Positions 9,821 through 19,804 of a stretch of 64,000 nt of DNA are shown in pieces (positions within the stretch are counted from its first letter, which is position 1; the number at the start of each line of letters is the position of its first letter). The notes under the pieces are model-generated. The model ran no database searches, had not been told where the DNA came from, and was given only the letters and a program-made list of their open reading frames with translations. The translations under genes were made by a program, and so were the position numbers. The stretch is taken from NCBI GenBank assembly GCA_020724585.1, contig DYGS01000001.1, positions 358,002 through 422,001 of the forward strand, given 5' to 3'. This DNA comes from Candidatus Microgenomatus sp. Its GTDB lineage: Bacteria; Patescibacteriota; Microgenomatia; UBA8517.

Positions 9821-9949
9821 CAAATGCTTAACCTAAATTTGGATTGAATAAAATCAGTATAGAATTGATCCTGGTACTCTTCGTTGGCGAGTGCGCAACT
9901 TGGTAATTTTTGATAAAATGTGTTTTGGCAGATTTCGCATACTTGCATC

Positions 9950-10501
9950 ATGACAAATATTGAACTTATAAATTTATTACAAAGAATAACAGGTGTTTTG
10001 GGTTATATTTTAATTACCCTGCAGATTTTTTTAAGTACTGATAGAAAATTTGTCAAATATCATAAAATTAATGGGGTAATTGCCTATTCTGTCATATTTT
10101 TACACCCCTTTTTGATGGTATTGTTTAAGTATTTTTATGTATCAGATTTCGACCCCTTTTATGTCTATATAGATATTTGTTTATTGTGCGACGGAAAATA
10201 TGAAATGTTTGTGAATTTTGGCAGGATGGCGTTTTGGATAGTGACGATAACTGCAATAACAGCATTTTTCAGAGGAAAACTTGCAGTGTTTTTAGGTAAA
10301 AAAATTGGAGATTTTATTGATAATAATTGGAGAAAAATACATATATTAAATTATCTGGTTTTTGTATTTGTTTCAATCCACGCCGTAAACATTGGAAGTG
10401 ATGCGCAAGCTTTATGGTTTAAGATAATATTCTGGCTAGGTCAAGCAGTCTTTGTTTATGCAGTTGTTAAGAGAATTAGAGAGCTTATCGTAGCACAATA
10501 G
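9950..10501 (+). CDS. Polytopic membrane protein with conserved His in TM helices (ferric-reductase/YedZ-like?)
   Basis: The listed ORF starts at GTG 9920; the first ATG is at 9950. About 5 transmembrane segments with His in FLHPFLM and SIHAVNIG. Confidence 0.45.
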   Translation: MTNIELINLLQRITGVLGYILITLQIFLSTDRKFVKYHKINGVIAYSVIFLHPFLMVLFKYFYVSDFDPFYVYIDICLLCDGKYEMFVNFGRMAFWIVTITAITAFFRGKLAVFLGKKIGDFIDNNWRKIHILNYLVFVFVSIHAVNIGSDAQALWFKIIFWLGQAVFVYAVVKRIRELIVAQ

Positions 10502-12788
10502 GAAAAGAATATTTTTCTCCATCATCGAGATTAATTATCAACTCGAACCTTCCTCTACTAAAATTATTAAGTCTTGTTGAAAGATTGTAGATATATTCAT
10601 TTGTGTCTTGATTATATCTAAATTTATTGCCGTAGTTTGAAAAACCCGATGAAACAACTGGCAATAGGCCGTTTTTTATTTCTAAATATGCAACTGCCGT
10701 GTCTATATATTCATTGCTCGAGTTTGTTAATTGAAATTTAATTGGAATTGTGCGATTAAAATTAAAGATATTTCCATTTTGCTTAATTGGAGTTAACAAG
10801 CCGACAAAATTATAAATATAAAAATAGCTATGAGATTTTTCATGAATATTCCCTGCCCAATCTTCTGTCCTGACAGTAAATTTATTGCTTAAAGCATCAT
10901 GATTTGTTGTCGTCGACTTTATACCCGAAAGCGAGTCTGACACATTCCAGTTTGGGGTAATTGTTGTGCCAATTATATATTTATAACCATCGGCGGGTGT
11001 AATGATATTTATAGTTGGTTTAGTTTTATCAAGTTTTATCATTGCACTTTTTTCTGAAAACCCACCAAGACTAGATGCACTGCATGTAATTGTTATATTC
11101 AAGGTTTCAACATCAATGTATTTTTCATTGCAACCATTTGTTGAAAAATTGGATTCCAAGTCGTCGACGGTCCATGTAATTGTTGCATTTTCTTTATTCC
11201 AACCAAACTCATTTGGAAGCGGGCTAATTGAATAACTAATGGATGGAGGAGTTTTGTCAAATAGTGTTTTGTTATTTTCACCAAAATAGACATGATAAAT
11301 ATCAGAACCGTCTTTGTCTAATTCACCTGAAAAACTTTTTTTAGTTGGATTTCCATTAATATCGTATAAATAAGAATCGAGTGTATAGAAACCAGGTTTA
11401 CCCGATATTTTTAATTTATATTCATCTGAAGCGGGTTTTTCCAATATCAATAGGGACAACGGTTCGCCACTTTTATTTGTTGGATCATTTAAGTCACTAA
11501 TTGGTTCCTCGATAAAATTTTGGCTAGAAACAGGATTTCCTTTCGAATCAGATAATTCAAAAACGATATCTTTATCGGCAACAAACATCATATATGACAA
11601 ATCTGAATCAGATGGGGTATATGAATTAATTGCTAGATAATTATTGTTGTATGCAGATAAAGTTGATCGATCAGAATAACCCGGATCATTTATGGTATAA
11701 GTATTAGTTAATTTACCTGTGGCTACAACAAAATGGCCATCTTCTTTTAAAATGGTTGGTCTATTATTATAAAGTTCACCGTCAAGATTTTCCTCTGTTG
11801 GTAAAAGGCGTTTGTATTCAAGAGTTCTAGAAGCTGGAGAGTAATTATCTTTGGTATATCTTGAGACTGCAAGCCAGTTAACTAGTCCGTTTCGTATATA
11901 GCCGTCAGGTTGTTGTTTTAACCAATTATTTAGTTCGCCAGGTAAAATTTTGTGACCGTGATAATCAAGTATCATTGCCGCGGCTGTAAGTGCGCATCCG
12001 AACTGTTTAATGGTACCGGAAACATTGTCATATAAATCATTTTCCCACCCACCCGCATACTGTTTTAGATCTACAACTGGGATTATTGGAATGACGGGGG
12101 ATGGAGATGAAGTGGGGGTGGGAGTGGACGAAGGTGAGGGTGTTGGTGTTGAGATGGGTGGATCCATAGATCCATCTAATACAACAAAGTCGTCAAAATA
12201 TACTTTAGTGTAACCATCATTTGCTCCAAAACCTGCAGAACCGGATGTAACATAGTTTAGTGTGCTCTCAGCATACAAATTGTTATTTACCCAAACTTTA
12301 ATAGAATTTCCAACGAGTTTAACTCTGAATGTATATTCTTCTCCAATTATGGCGCGTGGTGCTGAGTTTGGTATTAGCCGGTAGTTTCCGTTGTGTACCT
12401 CATAAATTTCTAATGGGCCTGTTTGATAGTAATTTATTGCGATTCGATTGTTTATGTCGATTACTCTTGCAAGCAATGTAGTGTCACCGTTTTGATGAAT
12501 GAATTTAATACTTACATCCTGGTCCTGGGTATTTAATCCAATTACTTTGTAAAAACCCCACAGACCACCTCTACCTACTTCCACATAAGCCTTATCATTT
12601 TCAATGCCTGCCGGTTGGTTTCCATAAAATTGTGTCCAATTTTCTCCTAAACTGATGCTATTTGGTCTATTGAAATTATCTATAAATAATATAGGTGATG
12701 CACTTATTGCATGTATGATCTTTGAAGGAAGTATAAACAAAAATGAAATTAGTATAATAAGAAACAAATAAGCCAATATTTTGTTCAT
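10485..12788 (-). CDS. Large secreted multidomain protein with a papain-like Peptidase_C39-like domain and Pro/Thr/Ser linker
   Basis: Signal peptide MNKILAYLFLIILISFLF, a PT-rich linker PPISTPTPSPSSTPTPTSSPSP, and a Cys motif QFGCALTAAAMILDYHG. The N-terminal region is jelly-roll/lectin-like. Confidence 0.55.
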   Translation of the reverse strand: MNKILAYLFLIILISFLFILPSKIIHAISASPILFIDNFNRPNSISLGENWTQFYGNQPAGIENDKAYVEVGRGGLWGFYKVIGLNTQDQDVSIKFIHQNGDTTLLARVIDINNRIAINYYQTGPLEIYEVHNGNYRLIPNSAPRAIIGEEYTFRVKLVGNSIKVWVNNNLYAESTLNYVTSGSAGFGANDGYTKVYFDDFVVLDGSMDPPISTPTPSPSSTPTPTSSPSPVIPIIPVVDLKQYAGGWENDLYDNVSGTIKQFGCALTAAAMILDYHGHKILPGELNNWLKQQPDGYIRNGLVNWLAVSRYTKDNYSPASRTLEYKRLLPTEENLDGELYNNRPTILKEDGHFVVATGKLTNTYTINDPGYSDRSTLSAYNNNYLAINSYTPSDSDLSYMMFVADKDIVFELSDSKGNPVSSQNFIEEPISDLNDPTNKSGEPLSLLILEKPASDEYKLKISGKPGFYTLDSYLYDINGNPTKKSFSGELDKDGSDIYHVYFGENNKTLFDKTPPSISYSISPLPNEFGWNKENATITWTVDDLESNFSTNGCNEKYIDVETLNITITCSASSLGGFSEKSAMIKLDKTKPTINIITPADGYKYIIGTTITPNWNVSDSLSGIKSTTTNHDALSNKFTVRTEDWAGNIHEKSHSYFYIYNFVGLLTPIKQNGNIFNFNRTIPIKFQLTNSSNEYIDTAVAYLEIKNGLLPVVSSGFSNYGNKFRYNQDTNEYIYNLSTRLNNFSRGRFELIINLDDGEKYSFPIVLR

Positions 12789-12927
12789 TTAAATATGTAA
12801 ATATGAATAATACTTAATCTATTATTATTTAATGCTCATTTTGTAAATATGTCAAGGCCGGGCTTTGTTTTAATAAATAATTGCTACTGTTGATTTAGTC
12901 TAAATGTGATTTAATAAAAACATCAAT

Positions 12928-13695
12928 ATGTTTTTCGGTAAGATAAGGTATATATCTAGTTTGATAAATAATTATTCTAGTTGGTTCGACATAATATTGT
13001 CTAGGATTGAAAAGAGACCGATCACAATGGTCTCATTGAGAAACGGAACTACTCTTTTTGGTGGCGAAAAAAGTTTATTGGTTGATATCGTTGATGAGGT
13101 TTTTGTGAAAAAAGTGTACAATCCTAGTTTCTTAGAGATTGAAAAAGGCGATATTGTGGTAGACATAGGTGCAAATATCGGAGTGTTTAGCGTATATGCT
13201 GCGATCTGTGGTGCGTCAAAAATTTATGCAATCGAACCCCTAAGTGATAATTTAACATACATTAGAAAAAATTTTAAATACAATGGTTTGAATACACCTG
13301 ATTGTGTAAATAAGGCTATTTATAGTAAAAAAGGTTCAGTGAAATTATATCTGTCCGAGATTGATTCTCATGGGCAAGTGTTTAAATTTGATAATAAAGA
13401 AAGTCAAGATTCCTACAGAAGGGTAATGTCGATCAGGTTTCTAGACTTTTTGCGTGATTACAAAATCAAGAAAATCGACTTCTTAAAGGTTGATTGTGAA
13501 GGAGGTGAAGGCTTTTTGTTTGGAGGTACCACGAGAAGGGATTGGGAATTTATCAAAAAAATTGCAATTGAATATCACAACAATGTCTCTATTTTAAGTA
13601 GTGATTTAATTATTAATAAACTTGTATCGTTTGGTTACGAAACAAAAATAATAGAAAGTAACAATTTGTATGGTTACATTTATGCATGGAGATAA
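12928..13695 (+). CDS. FkbM-family methyltransferase
   Basis: VVDIGANIGVFSVYAA...IYAIEP matches FkbM-type SAM-binding signatures. Confidence 0.7.
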   Translation: MFFGKIRYISSLINNYSSWFDIILSRIEKRPITMVSLRNGTTLFGGEKSLLVDIVDEVFVKKVYNPSFLEIEKGDIVVDIGANIGVFSVYAAICGASKIYAIEPLSDNLTYIRKNFKYNGLNTPDCVNKAIYSKKGSVKLYLSEIDSHGQVFKFDNKESQDSYRRVMSIRFLDFLRDYKIKKIDFLKVDCEGGEGFLFGGTTRRDWEFIKKIAIEYHNNVSILSSDLIINKLVSFGYETKIIESNNLYGYIYAWR

Positions 13696-13716
13696 ATTAT
13701 TAGAAAATTGTAAATT

Positions 13717-14445
13717 ATGACTTTATATGAAAAATATCATTTAAACCGTCAACAAGAAAAAAGGGTTATAAATGATTTTGATTATACTCATAGGCCATTG
13801 CTGTCAGTTTTGTCAAATATAGACCACAAGAACAAAAGAGTTTTGGATATTGGCTGCGGTACAGGGACTACTTGTTTTTATTTTGCTTCAAAAGGGTCAA
13901 ATGTCTTAGGCATTGATGTTTCTAGGAACGCGATAAAGTTAGCAAACACAAATGCTAAGCGTCTTGGTCTGAAGACTAGAACAAAGTTTATTTTAGCAAG
14001 TTACCCAGAACTAGATTTAAAAGACAAGTACGATTTAATTGTCTGCTCTGAGATATTAGAACATATCAAAGATCATGAAAAAGCTTTAAAAAAAATTCAT
14101 AAGTTGTTATTAAAAGATGGTCTGGTTGTTTTTTCAATTCCATTAACTTCGTCATTTCTATATAGAAAGAAACTATTGAATAAATTCGATAAAGAAGTGG
14201 GTCATCTGAGAAGATATGATGCTTCTGGATTTATAAAGCTTATCAAAAATAGCAAATTCGATATTATAAAAACCAAAAAAAATCAAGGGATACTCCGAGA
14301 TTATTTATTTACATCAACAACAAGGTCAATAATTGTAGCTTTAGCAAATAGATTTAAGGTTATATCAGATTTACTAACTTTTATTGATGAAAAATTGTTC
14401 TTTCTTGGTGTATCAAATTTGGTAGTTTTAGCTAGAAAAAAATGA
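13717..14445 (+). CDS. Class I SAM-dependent methyltransferase
   Basis: VLDIGCGTGTTCFYFASKGSNVLGIDVS (motif I) and LLKDGLVVFS (motif III). Confidence 0.75.
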   Translation: MTLYEKYHLNRQQEKRVINDFDYTHRPLLSVLSNIDHKNKRVLDIGCGTGTTCFYFASKGSNVLGIDVSRNAIKLANTNAKRLGLKTRTKFILASYPELDLKDKYDLIVCSEILEHIKDHEKALKKIHKLLLKDGLVVFSIPLTSSFLYRKKLLNKFDKEVGHLRRYDASGFIKLIKNSKFDIIKTKKNQGILRDYLFTSTTRSIIVALANRFKVISDLLTFIDEKLFFLGVSNLVVLARKK

Positions 14446-15332
14446 AGATTCTTTTTATTTCAAAATATAAGTGGCCGCGGGTGGGAGGGGTGGAGAAGCA
14501 CATAGAGGCTATAAGCCACAAGCTATATGCTTTAAGGTACAAAACAAAAACAATTAAAACAAAAATTATTTCGGGAGAAGATATCAAACAACCACATATT
14601 AAAATTATTGGGCTATTTTATATTTGGTTTTGGTTTTTAAAAAATTATAGATTAATTTTAAATTCTGACATTATTCATATTCATGATGTTTTTATCTGGT
14701 ATCTACCTTTTAGGTTCTTATTTTTTTGGAAAAAAGTATACATAACCTTTCATGGTTGGGAGGGGAAATTTCCAATTCCTTATTGGAATATATTAAATAA
14801 AAAACTTGCTTATTATTTAACAAGCGGAAATATATGTGTTGGGAAATATATTGAAAAGTATTATGGAATAAAGTCCGATTTTGTAATATATGGAGGCGTA
14901 GAAAAAACTCAAAAACTCCAAGAATTAAAAAATCAAAACAAACAAAAAAAAGAAAACACAATTGTTTGGTTGGGGAGATTGGAAAAAGATACGGGATTAT
15001 TAGAGTTTTTATCTTGGTCTAGTAGACTAGTCTACGGATACAGAGGATATAGGATTATTTTTGTGGGGGATGGGAACTTGAGAAAGGAATGCCAAAAATA
15101 CGGAAAGGTTATTAAAAAAGTTAAAGATCCTGAAAAATATTTAATCTCTTCAGAATACTGTGCGCCCTCTGGCTATCTTTCCTATTTGGAAGCTAAAAAC
15201 ATGGGGTGCAAGATAATGACATTTGCTCACAATAAATTAAAAGAAGATTACTGGAAAGAGATAAAAAGGATGAAAACAGTTCCTGGTTGGGATGATGTTT
15301 TAAAAGTCTATTTGAAATTATGGCAAATTTAA
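14442..15332 (+). CDS. Glycosyltransferase, GT4-like
   Basis: N-terminus MKILFISKYKWPRVGGVEKHI is typical of GT4 N-termini. Overlaps neighbouring genes in an operon. Confidence 0.55.
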   Translation: MKILFISKYKWPRVGGVEKHIEAISHKLYALRYKTKTIKTKIISGEDIKQPHIKIIGLFYIWFWFLKNYRLILNSDIIHIHDVFIWYLPFRFLFFWKKVYITFHGWEGKFPIPYWNILNKKLAYYLTSGNICVGKYIEKYYGIKSDFVIYGGVEKTQKLQELKNQNKQKKENTIVWLGRLEKDTGLLEFLSWSSRLVYGYRGYRIIFVGDGNLRKECQKYGKVIKKVKDPEKYLISSEYCAPSGYLSYLEAKNMGCKIMTFAHNKLKEDYWKEIKRMKTVPGWDDVLKVYLKLWQI

Positions 15333-16306
15333 AATTTTTAAAAGATAAAAAAGTTTCTGTTTGTGTAACCATATTCAATGAATCATCAGAGAGCATTAAT
15401 AAACTTCTTAATGCGTTAAACAATCAATCTTTAAAAGCTGATGAAGTGATAGTGGTCGATGCAAGTACAAAAACTCAAAGATTCAAAAAAACAAAAAATC
15501 AAAACAAATTAAAAATAAAAATAATAAATAAAGAGGGAGCAAGTAGAGCCGAGGGGAGAAATACTGCAATAAAAAAAGCCAGAAATGAAATAATTGCTAT
15601 AACTGATGCAGGTTGTGTGCCAAATAAGGATTGGCTAGAAAAAATAACTAAACCATTTAAGATTGCTTCGTCGCAAGCTCCTCGCAATGACAGAGTTTTT
15701 TTCTCCCAAGTTCCTCGTACTGATGTTGTCAGTGGCGGCTACAAAATGGTTGCAAATAACAATTTTGAAAAAGCAGAAAGTGTATTTTTGGGTGTTAGCC
15801 GGGAAAATATGAATAAAGATTTTTTACCTTCTGCTAGGTCGATGGCTTTTACTAAAACAATCTGGAAAAAAGCCGGCGGCTTCCCTGAAAATTTAAATGA
15901 CACGGCAGAGGATAGCCTATTTAATATTAATTTGATTAAGAGGGGGGCGAAGTTTAAAGTAGTAAAAGACGCAGTTGTTTTCTGGGAAATGCCTAAATCA
16001 ATTTATGATTTTGGATTTAAGATATATAGATACGCATTGGGTGATTTGAATTCTGGTATTTGGTGGCACCCAACCAAAAAATGGAAAACACATAACTTGA
16101 AGATACTGAGTATTTTTGCAAGATATGTTGTTGGAATCTGGTTACTATTCTTTAATTACTATTTATTTTTGCTATATGTATTATGCTATATGCTGTATGG
16201 GTATAAAAAAGCAAAGTGGTGGGGGATAATACTCCAATTCGTGTCCGATATTGCAATTATTTCTGCTACAATCAGGTATGTATGGGATATTATAAAGAAG
16301 CCCTAA
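15320..16306 (+). CDS. Glycosyltransferase family 2
   Basis: VSVCVTIFNESSE...VIVVDASTK...AITDAGCVP resembles the GT2 DxD region, followed by C-terminal transmembrane segments. Confidence 0.7.
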   Translation: MANLKFLKDKKVSVCVTIFNESSESINKLLNALNNQSLKADEVIVVDASTKTQRFKKTKNQNKLKIKIINKEGASRAEGRNTAIKKARNEIIAITDAGCVPNKDWLEKITKPFKIASSQAPRNDRVFFSQVPRTDVVSGGYKMVANNNFEKAESVFLGVSRENMNKDFLPSARSMAFTKTIWKKAGGFPENLNDTAEDSLFNINLIKRGAKFKVVKDAVVFWEMPKSIYDFGFKIYRYALGDLNSGIWWHPTKKWKTHNLKILSIFARYVVGIWLLFFNYYLFLLYVLCYMLYGYKKAKWWGIILQFVSDIAIISATIRYVWDIIKKP

Positions 16307-17499
16307 AAGGCATAAGTTGGATGGGGATTCTTCGCGGATTAACAAGGGGCTTAGCTCTTATTAAAATCGCAATTTTAGCCCGTATTTTAAGTCCTCTTCA
16401 GTTTGGAATTTTTGGCATCGCAACTTTAGTTTTGGGATTTCTAGAAATAATGACTGAGACGGGCATAAACATATTTTTAATACAAAAAAAGGATAATATC
16501 GACAGGTATATTAATTCAGCTTGGTTTATTTCAATTATTAGAGGATTTTTAATCGGGTTTTTGATATTTTTATTGTCACCTGTTATTGCGAATTATTTTG
16601 AATCCGAAAGCGCAGTTTATATCATAAGGTTGATATCTCTAGTTCCAATTATTAGAGGATTTATAAATCCCTCATGTGTTAAATTTCAAAAAAATCTGGA
16701 ATTTAGGAAACAATTTTTTTATGAATCTTCTATTTTTGGACTAGATTTTTTACTTACTGTTATTATTGCCTTGATTACCAAGTCTGAAAATTCGCTAGTT
16801 TTGGGAATGATTTTTTCTACGATTTTAGAAATTGTTTTGTCTCATAAAATATTTAGCCCAAGACCTAAATTTGTTTTTGAAAAAGAAAAGACACTGGAAG
16901 TCATAAATAGAGGTAAATGGATAACAGGAGCTGGAGTATTTAATTATTTGTTCCAAAATATTGATGATTTATTTGTTGGAAAAATGATGGGGGCAACTTC
17001 ACTTGGTGTTTATCAACAAGCATATAAATTATCAACCGTACCTGTTTCAGAAGTTGGAGAGGTATTTAATAAAGTGACATTTCCAATTTATACCAAAATT
17101 GAAGGTGATAAAGTACGACTTAGAAAAGCATTTTTTAAAACCCTTTTAGTTATCTGTCTTTTTGTAGTTCCATTTGTAATTATTCTTTTTAAATACCCTG
17201 TAGAAATCGTAAAAATTGTTTATGGAGATAAATGGCTTTCAATGGTACCGGTATTACAAATATTGGCCATTTTTGGACTAATTAAATCTATATTTAACTC
17301 ATTTTTCTCACTCTTTTTAGGTTTAAAAAAACAAGAAGTTGTTACTCTAATTACTTTTATTGGTTCAGCCTTACTATTTTTCCTAACTTTTCCACTTATT
17401 AAAATATTTGGTGTAATTGGAGCAGGATACGCAACAATAATTGCAACACTTTTAGCATATCCATTTGTAATTTATTACTTTTTTAAATTAACAAAATGA
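16282..17499 (+). CDS. Wzx-like oligosaccharide flippase (polysaccharide biosynthesis protein family)
   Basis: Multi-TM protein whose N-terminus (GLALIKIAILARILSPLQFGIFGIATL...IFLIQKKDN) looks like the Polysacc_synt family. The listed ORF starts at 16216, overlapping the GT2 gene. Plausible starts are 16282 or 16321. Confidence 0.65.
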   Translation: MGYYKEALKGISWMGILRGLTRGLALIKIAILARILSPLQFGIFGIATLVLGFLEIMTETGINIFLIQKKDNIDRYINSAWFISIIRGFLIGFLIFLLSPVIANYFESESAVYIIRLISLVPIIRGFINPSCVKFQKNLEFRKQFFYESSIFGLDFLLTVIIALITKSENSLVLGMIFSTILEIVLSHKIFSPRPKFVFEKEKTLEVINRGKWITGAGVFNYLFQNIDDLFVGKMMGATSLGVYQQAYKLSTVPVSEVGEVFNKVTFPIYTKIEGDKVRLRKAFFKTLLVICLFVVPFVIILFKYPVEIVKIVYGDKWLSMVPVLQILAIFGLIKSIFNSFFSLFLGLKKQEVVTLITFIGSALLFFLTFPLIKIFGVIGAGYATIIATLLAYPFVIYYFFKLTK

Positions 17500-18116
17500 T
17501 AGAGATATTAACTCTAAAAAAAAGAAATGTAAAAGATTTTGCAAAAGAAAAAAATTTACTTTTATCAAAAGCTAAATCGGAATGGGTTTTATTTGTCGAT
17601 CCAGACGAAATTGTTTCTGATGAATTAAAAAATGAAATCGAAAGTGTGATAAAAAATACTACAAAAAATGGGTATTACATAAGACGCGTGGATTATCTTT
17701 TTGGTAAAGAACTCAAACATGGGGAATACTCTAGATCAGGCTGGTTTGGGAACACTACACTAATTAGATTAGGTAGAAAAGGTACGGGAATATGGAAAAG
17801 AAAAGTTCATGAATATTGGGATATTCGAGGTGAGGTTGGATATCTTAAAAATCCTTTATTACATTACCCGCACCCAACACTAAAAGATTACATAAATAAC
17901 ATAAATTATTTTTCAACTTTGCACGCTAAATCTTTACATGAGGAAGGGAAAAAATCGACGATAATTAAAATTATTATTTGGCCAGTAGGTAAGTTTATAT
18001 ATAATTACATATTTAGATTGGGATTTTTAGATGGTATGGTAGGCTTTGTATCTGCCTTAGTGATGAGTTTCCACTCATATTTATCATGGTCAAAGTTATA
18101 TTTTGGGCAATATTAA
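17496..18116 (+). CDS. GT2-like glycosyltransferase, N-terminally truncated relative to the family
   Basis: EWVLFVDPDEIV matches the GT2 DxD motif only about 35 aa from the start, so the N-terminal Rossmann half is missing. Its ATG overlaps the flippase stop (ATGA). Confidence 0.5.
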   Translation: MIEILTLKKRNVKDFAKEKNLLLSKAKSEWVLFVDPDEIVSDELKNEIESVIKNTTKNGYYIRRVDYLFGKELKHGEYSRSGWFGNTTLIRLGRKGTGIWKRKVHEYWDIRGEVGYLKNPLLHYPHPTLKDYINNINYFSTLHAKSLHEEGKKSTIIKIIIWPVGKFIYNYIFRLGFLDGMVGFVSALVMSFHSYLSWSKLYFGQY

Positions 18117-19123
18117 TTGTTTTTCCATTTGGCCAACTATTAAAAATTGGCTTTATTAACCTTTTTGATGTCTTGGTTTTGACTCTGGCCATTATTACAT
18201 TATTTAAAAAACCTCAATATCCCGAGTGGTATAAATACTTTCTTAACTTTTTATTGTTTTGTGTTTTTGGGTTAATTCTTAATTATTCACTTTTAACTCT
18301 TAATTCGTCATTATACTTAGTTCGTCTTTGGTCATACTCAATGATTGCAGTTTATATAACTAATTATCTAAAGAACAAAATAGATATAACTAAAAGTTTA
18401 ATGGCAGTTACTTTTTATTCAGCTCTCTTTGGTTTTATCCAGTATTTTATATATCCAGATACTAGGGCCTTTTTTGAGTTTGGTTGGGATGATCACTACT
18501 TGAGGATGATAGGAACATTTTTAGATCCAACTTTTTTGGGTTTAATATTAGTTTTAGGATTAATTTTATCTATTGATTATAAAAAAAATATATTAAGCAT
18601 TTTTTTAAGTAGCGCAATTTTATTAACTTATTCTAGAGTGAGTATTTTACTTGCTTTACTTATTTTAATTTGGAAAAAAAAGATATTTGTAATCCTGTTT
18701 TTAATATTTGTGTTTCTTTTTATTCCTAAAAATATTGGAGAGGGCACAACTATAACTAGAACTGCAAGTGGGGTGAATAAGTTACAAAATTATACTGAAA
18801 GTCTTGAGATTATTAAGAATTCACCCATATATGGCATTGGCTTTAACAATTTATGTAAGTTGAAGGCAGGAAATTACAACTCACATTCATGTTCTGGTCT
18901 GGATTCTTCAATATTATTTTTGTTGGCAACAACAGGTGTAATTGGGACAATGATGTTGTTGTATGCTATAAGTCATATGCCATATGGCTTAGTTCTTAAA
19001 GCTAGCTTTATCGTAGTTTTTATTCATAGTTTATTTTCAAATAGCTTATTCTACCCACATATTATGTTTTGGTTATTTAGTTTAATTGGATTAGAGGGTA
19101 AAATTAACAGTCAACGAAGTTGA
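18086..19123 (+). CDS. O-antigen ligase/polymerase (Wzy_C)-like membrane protein
   Basis: A protein with about 10 TM segments and a LTYSRVSILLALLIL motif. Confidence 0.6.
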   Translation: MVKVIFWAILIVFPFGQLLKIGFINLFDVLVLTLAIITLFKKPQYPEWYKYFLNFLLFCVFGLILNYSLLTLNSSLYLVRLWSYSMIAVYITNYLKNKIDITKSLMAVTFYSALFGFIQYFIYPDTRAFFEFGWDDHYLRMIGTFLDPTFLGLILVLGLILSIDYKKNILSIFLSSAILLTYSRVSILLALLILIWKKKIFVILFLIFVFLFIPKNIGEGTTITRTASGVNKLQNYTESLEIIKNSPIYGIGFNNLCKLKAGNYNSHSCSGLDSSILFLLATTGVIGTMMLLYAISHMPYGLVLKASFIVVFIHSLFSNSLFYPHIMFWLFSLIGLEGKINSQRS

Positions 19124-19804
19124 ATTTTCATTTCCTGCCATATCCTTTGCTTTGATTTCAAATTTGTTTTCTCCTTCTGAAAGTGTTGTTGAAAATATAA
19201 AACTTAGATCATCCTTTAAGGAGACGACTCTTTCGTTTATCTTTAGATCAACAATTTCAGAGATCTTTCCTTTTATTGCCAGTTGTCTTTGATTTTGTCC
19301 ATAAAAAGAGTTTCCATCCGAAGGCGATTCAATTGTAATTTCAGGTTTTTGATCATCAAATATTATTTTGTAGGTCTCAGTTTTCTGGCTTTCATTGTTT
19401 GATGAATCTTTTGCCATAAAGTCAATTAAGTTCTCGCCGTCATTTAGTTTGAATTCAAATCTAAAATCTCCATTTGCATCAGATACCACCTCTTCATTTC
19501 TGTTATTGGCACGAATTATAATAATCGCCCCTTCTTCAGTTTTGCCCTTTATCTCAATTGTTTTTAGATTTGTATACTCGGGAAGATTTTCAACTTGAGG
19601 TGGGGCGGGAGGCGTTGTATCTGCAATGTCAACTGGGGAGTCGGGTTTTCCAATTCTACCTACAAACCCGGCAAATTTTATAAGCGTTGGCAGTCCAAAA
19701 AAGACCAGAAAAAGTACAGCAGTAATTGACAGGATCATATAAAAATAAGCTCTTTTTATATTCCTTTTTTCCTCGACTGAGGCTAGCCTTGAATATTTTG
19801 TCAT
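19091..19804 (-). CDS. Membrane-anchored protein with repeated Ig-like/beta-sandwich extracellular domains
   Basis: An N-terminal TM segment (a possible alternative start is 19738), a Pro-rich linker, and two similar beta-rich repeats. Confidence 0.45.
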   Translation of the reverse strand: MTKYSRLASVEEKRNIKRAYFYMILSITAVLFLVFFGLPTLIKFAGFVGRIGKPDSPVDIADTTPPAPPQVENLPEYTNLKTIEIKGKTEEGAIIIIRANNRNEEVVSDANGDFRFEFKLNDGENLIDFMAKDSSNNESQKTETYKIIFDDQKPEITIESPSDGNSFYGQNQRQLAIKGKISEIVDLKINERVVSLKDDLSFIFSTTLSEGENKFEIKAKDMAGNENSTSLTVNFTL

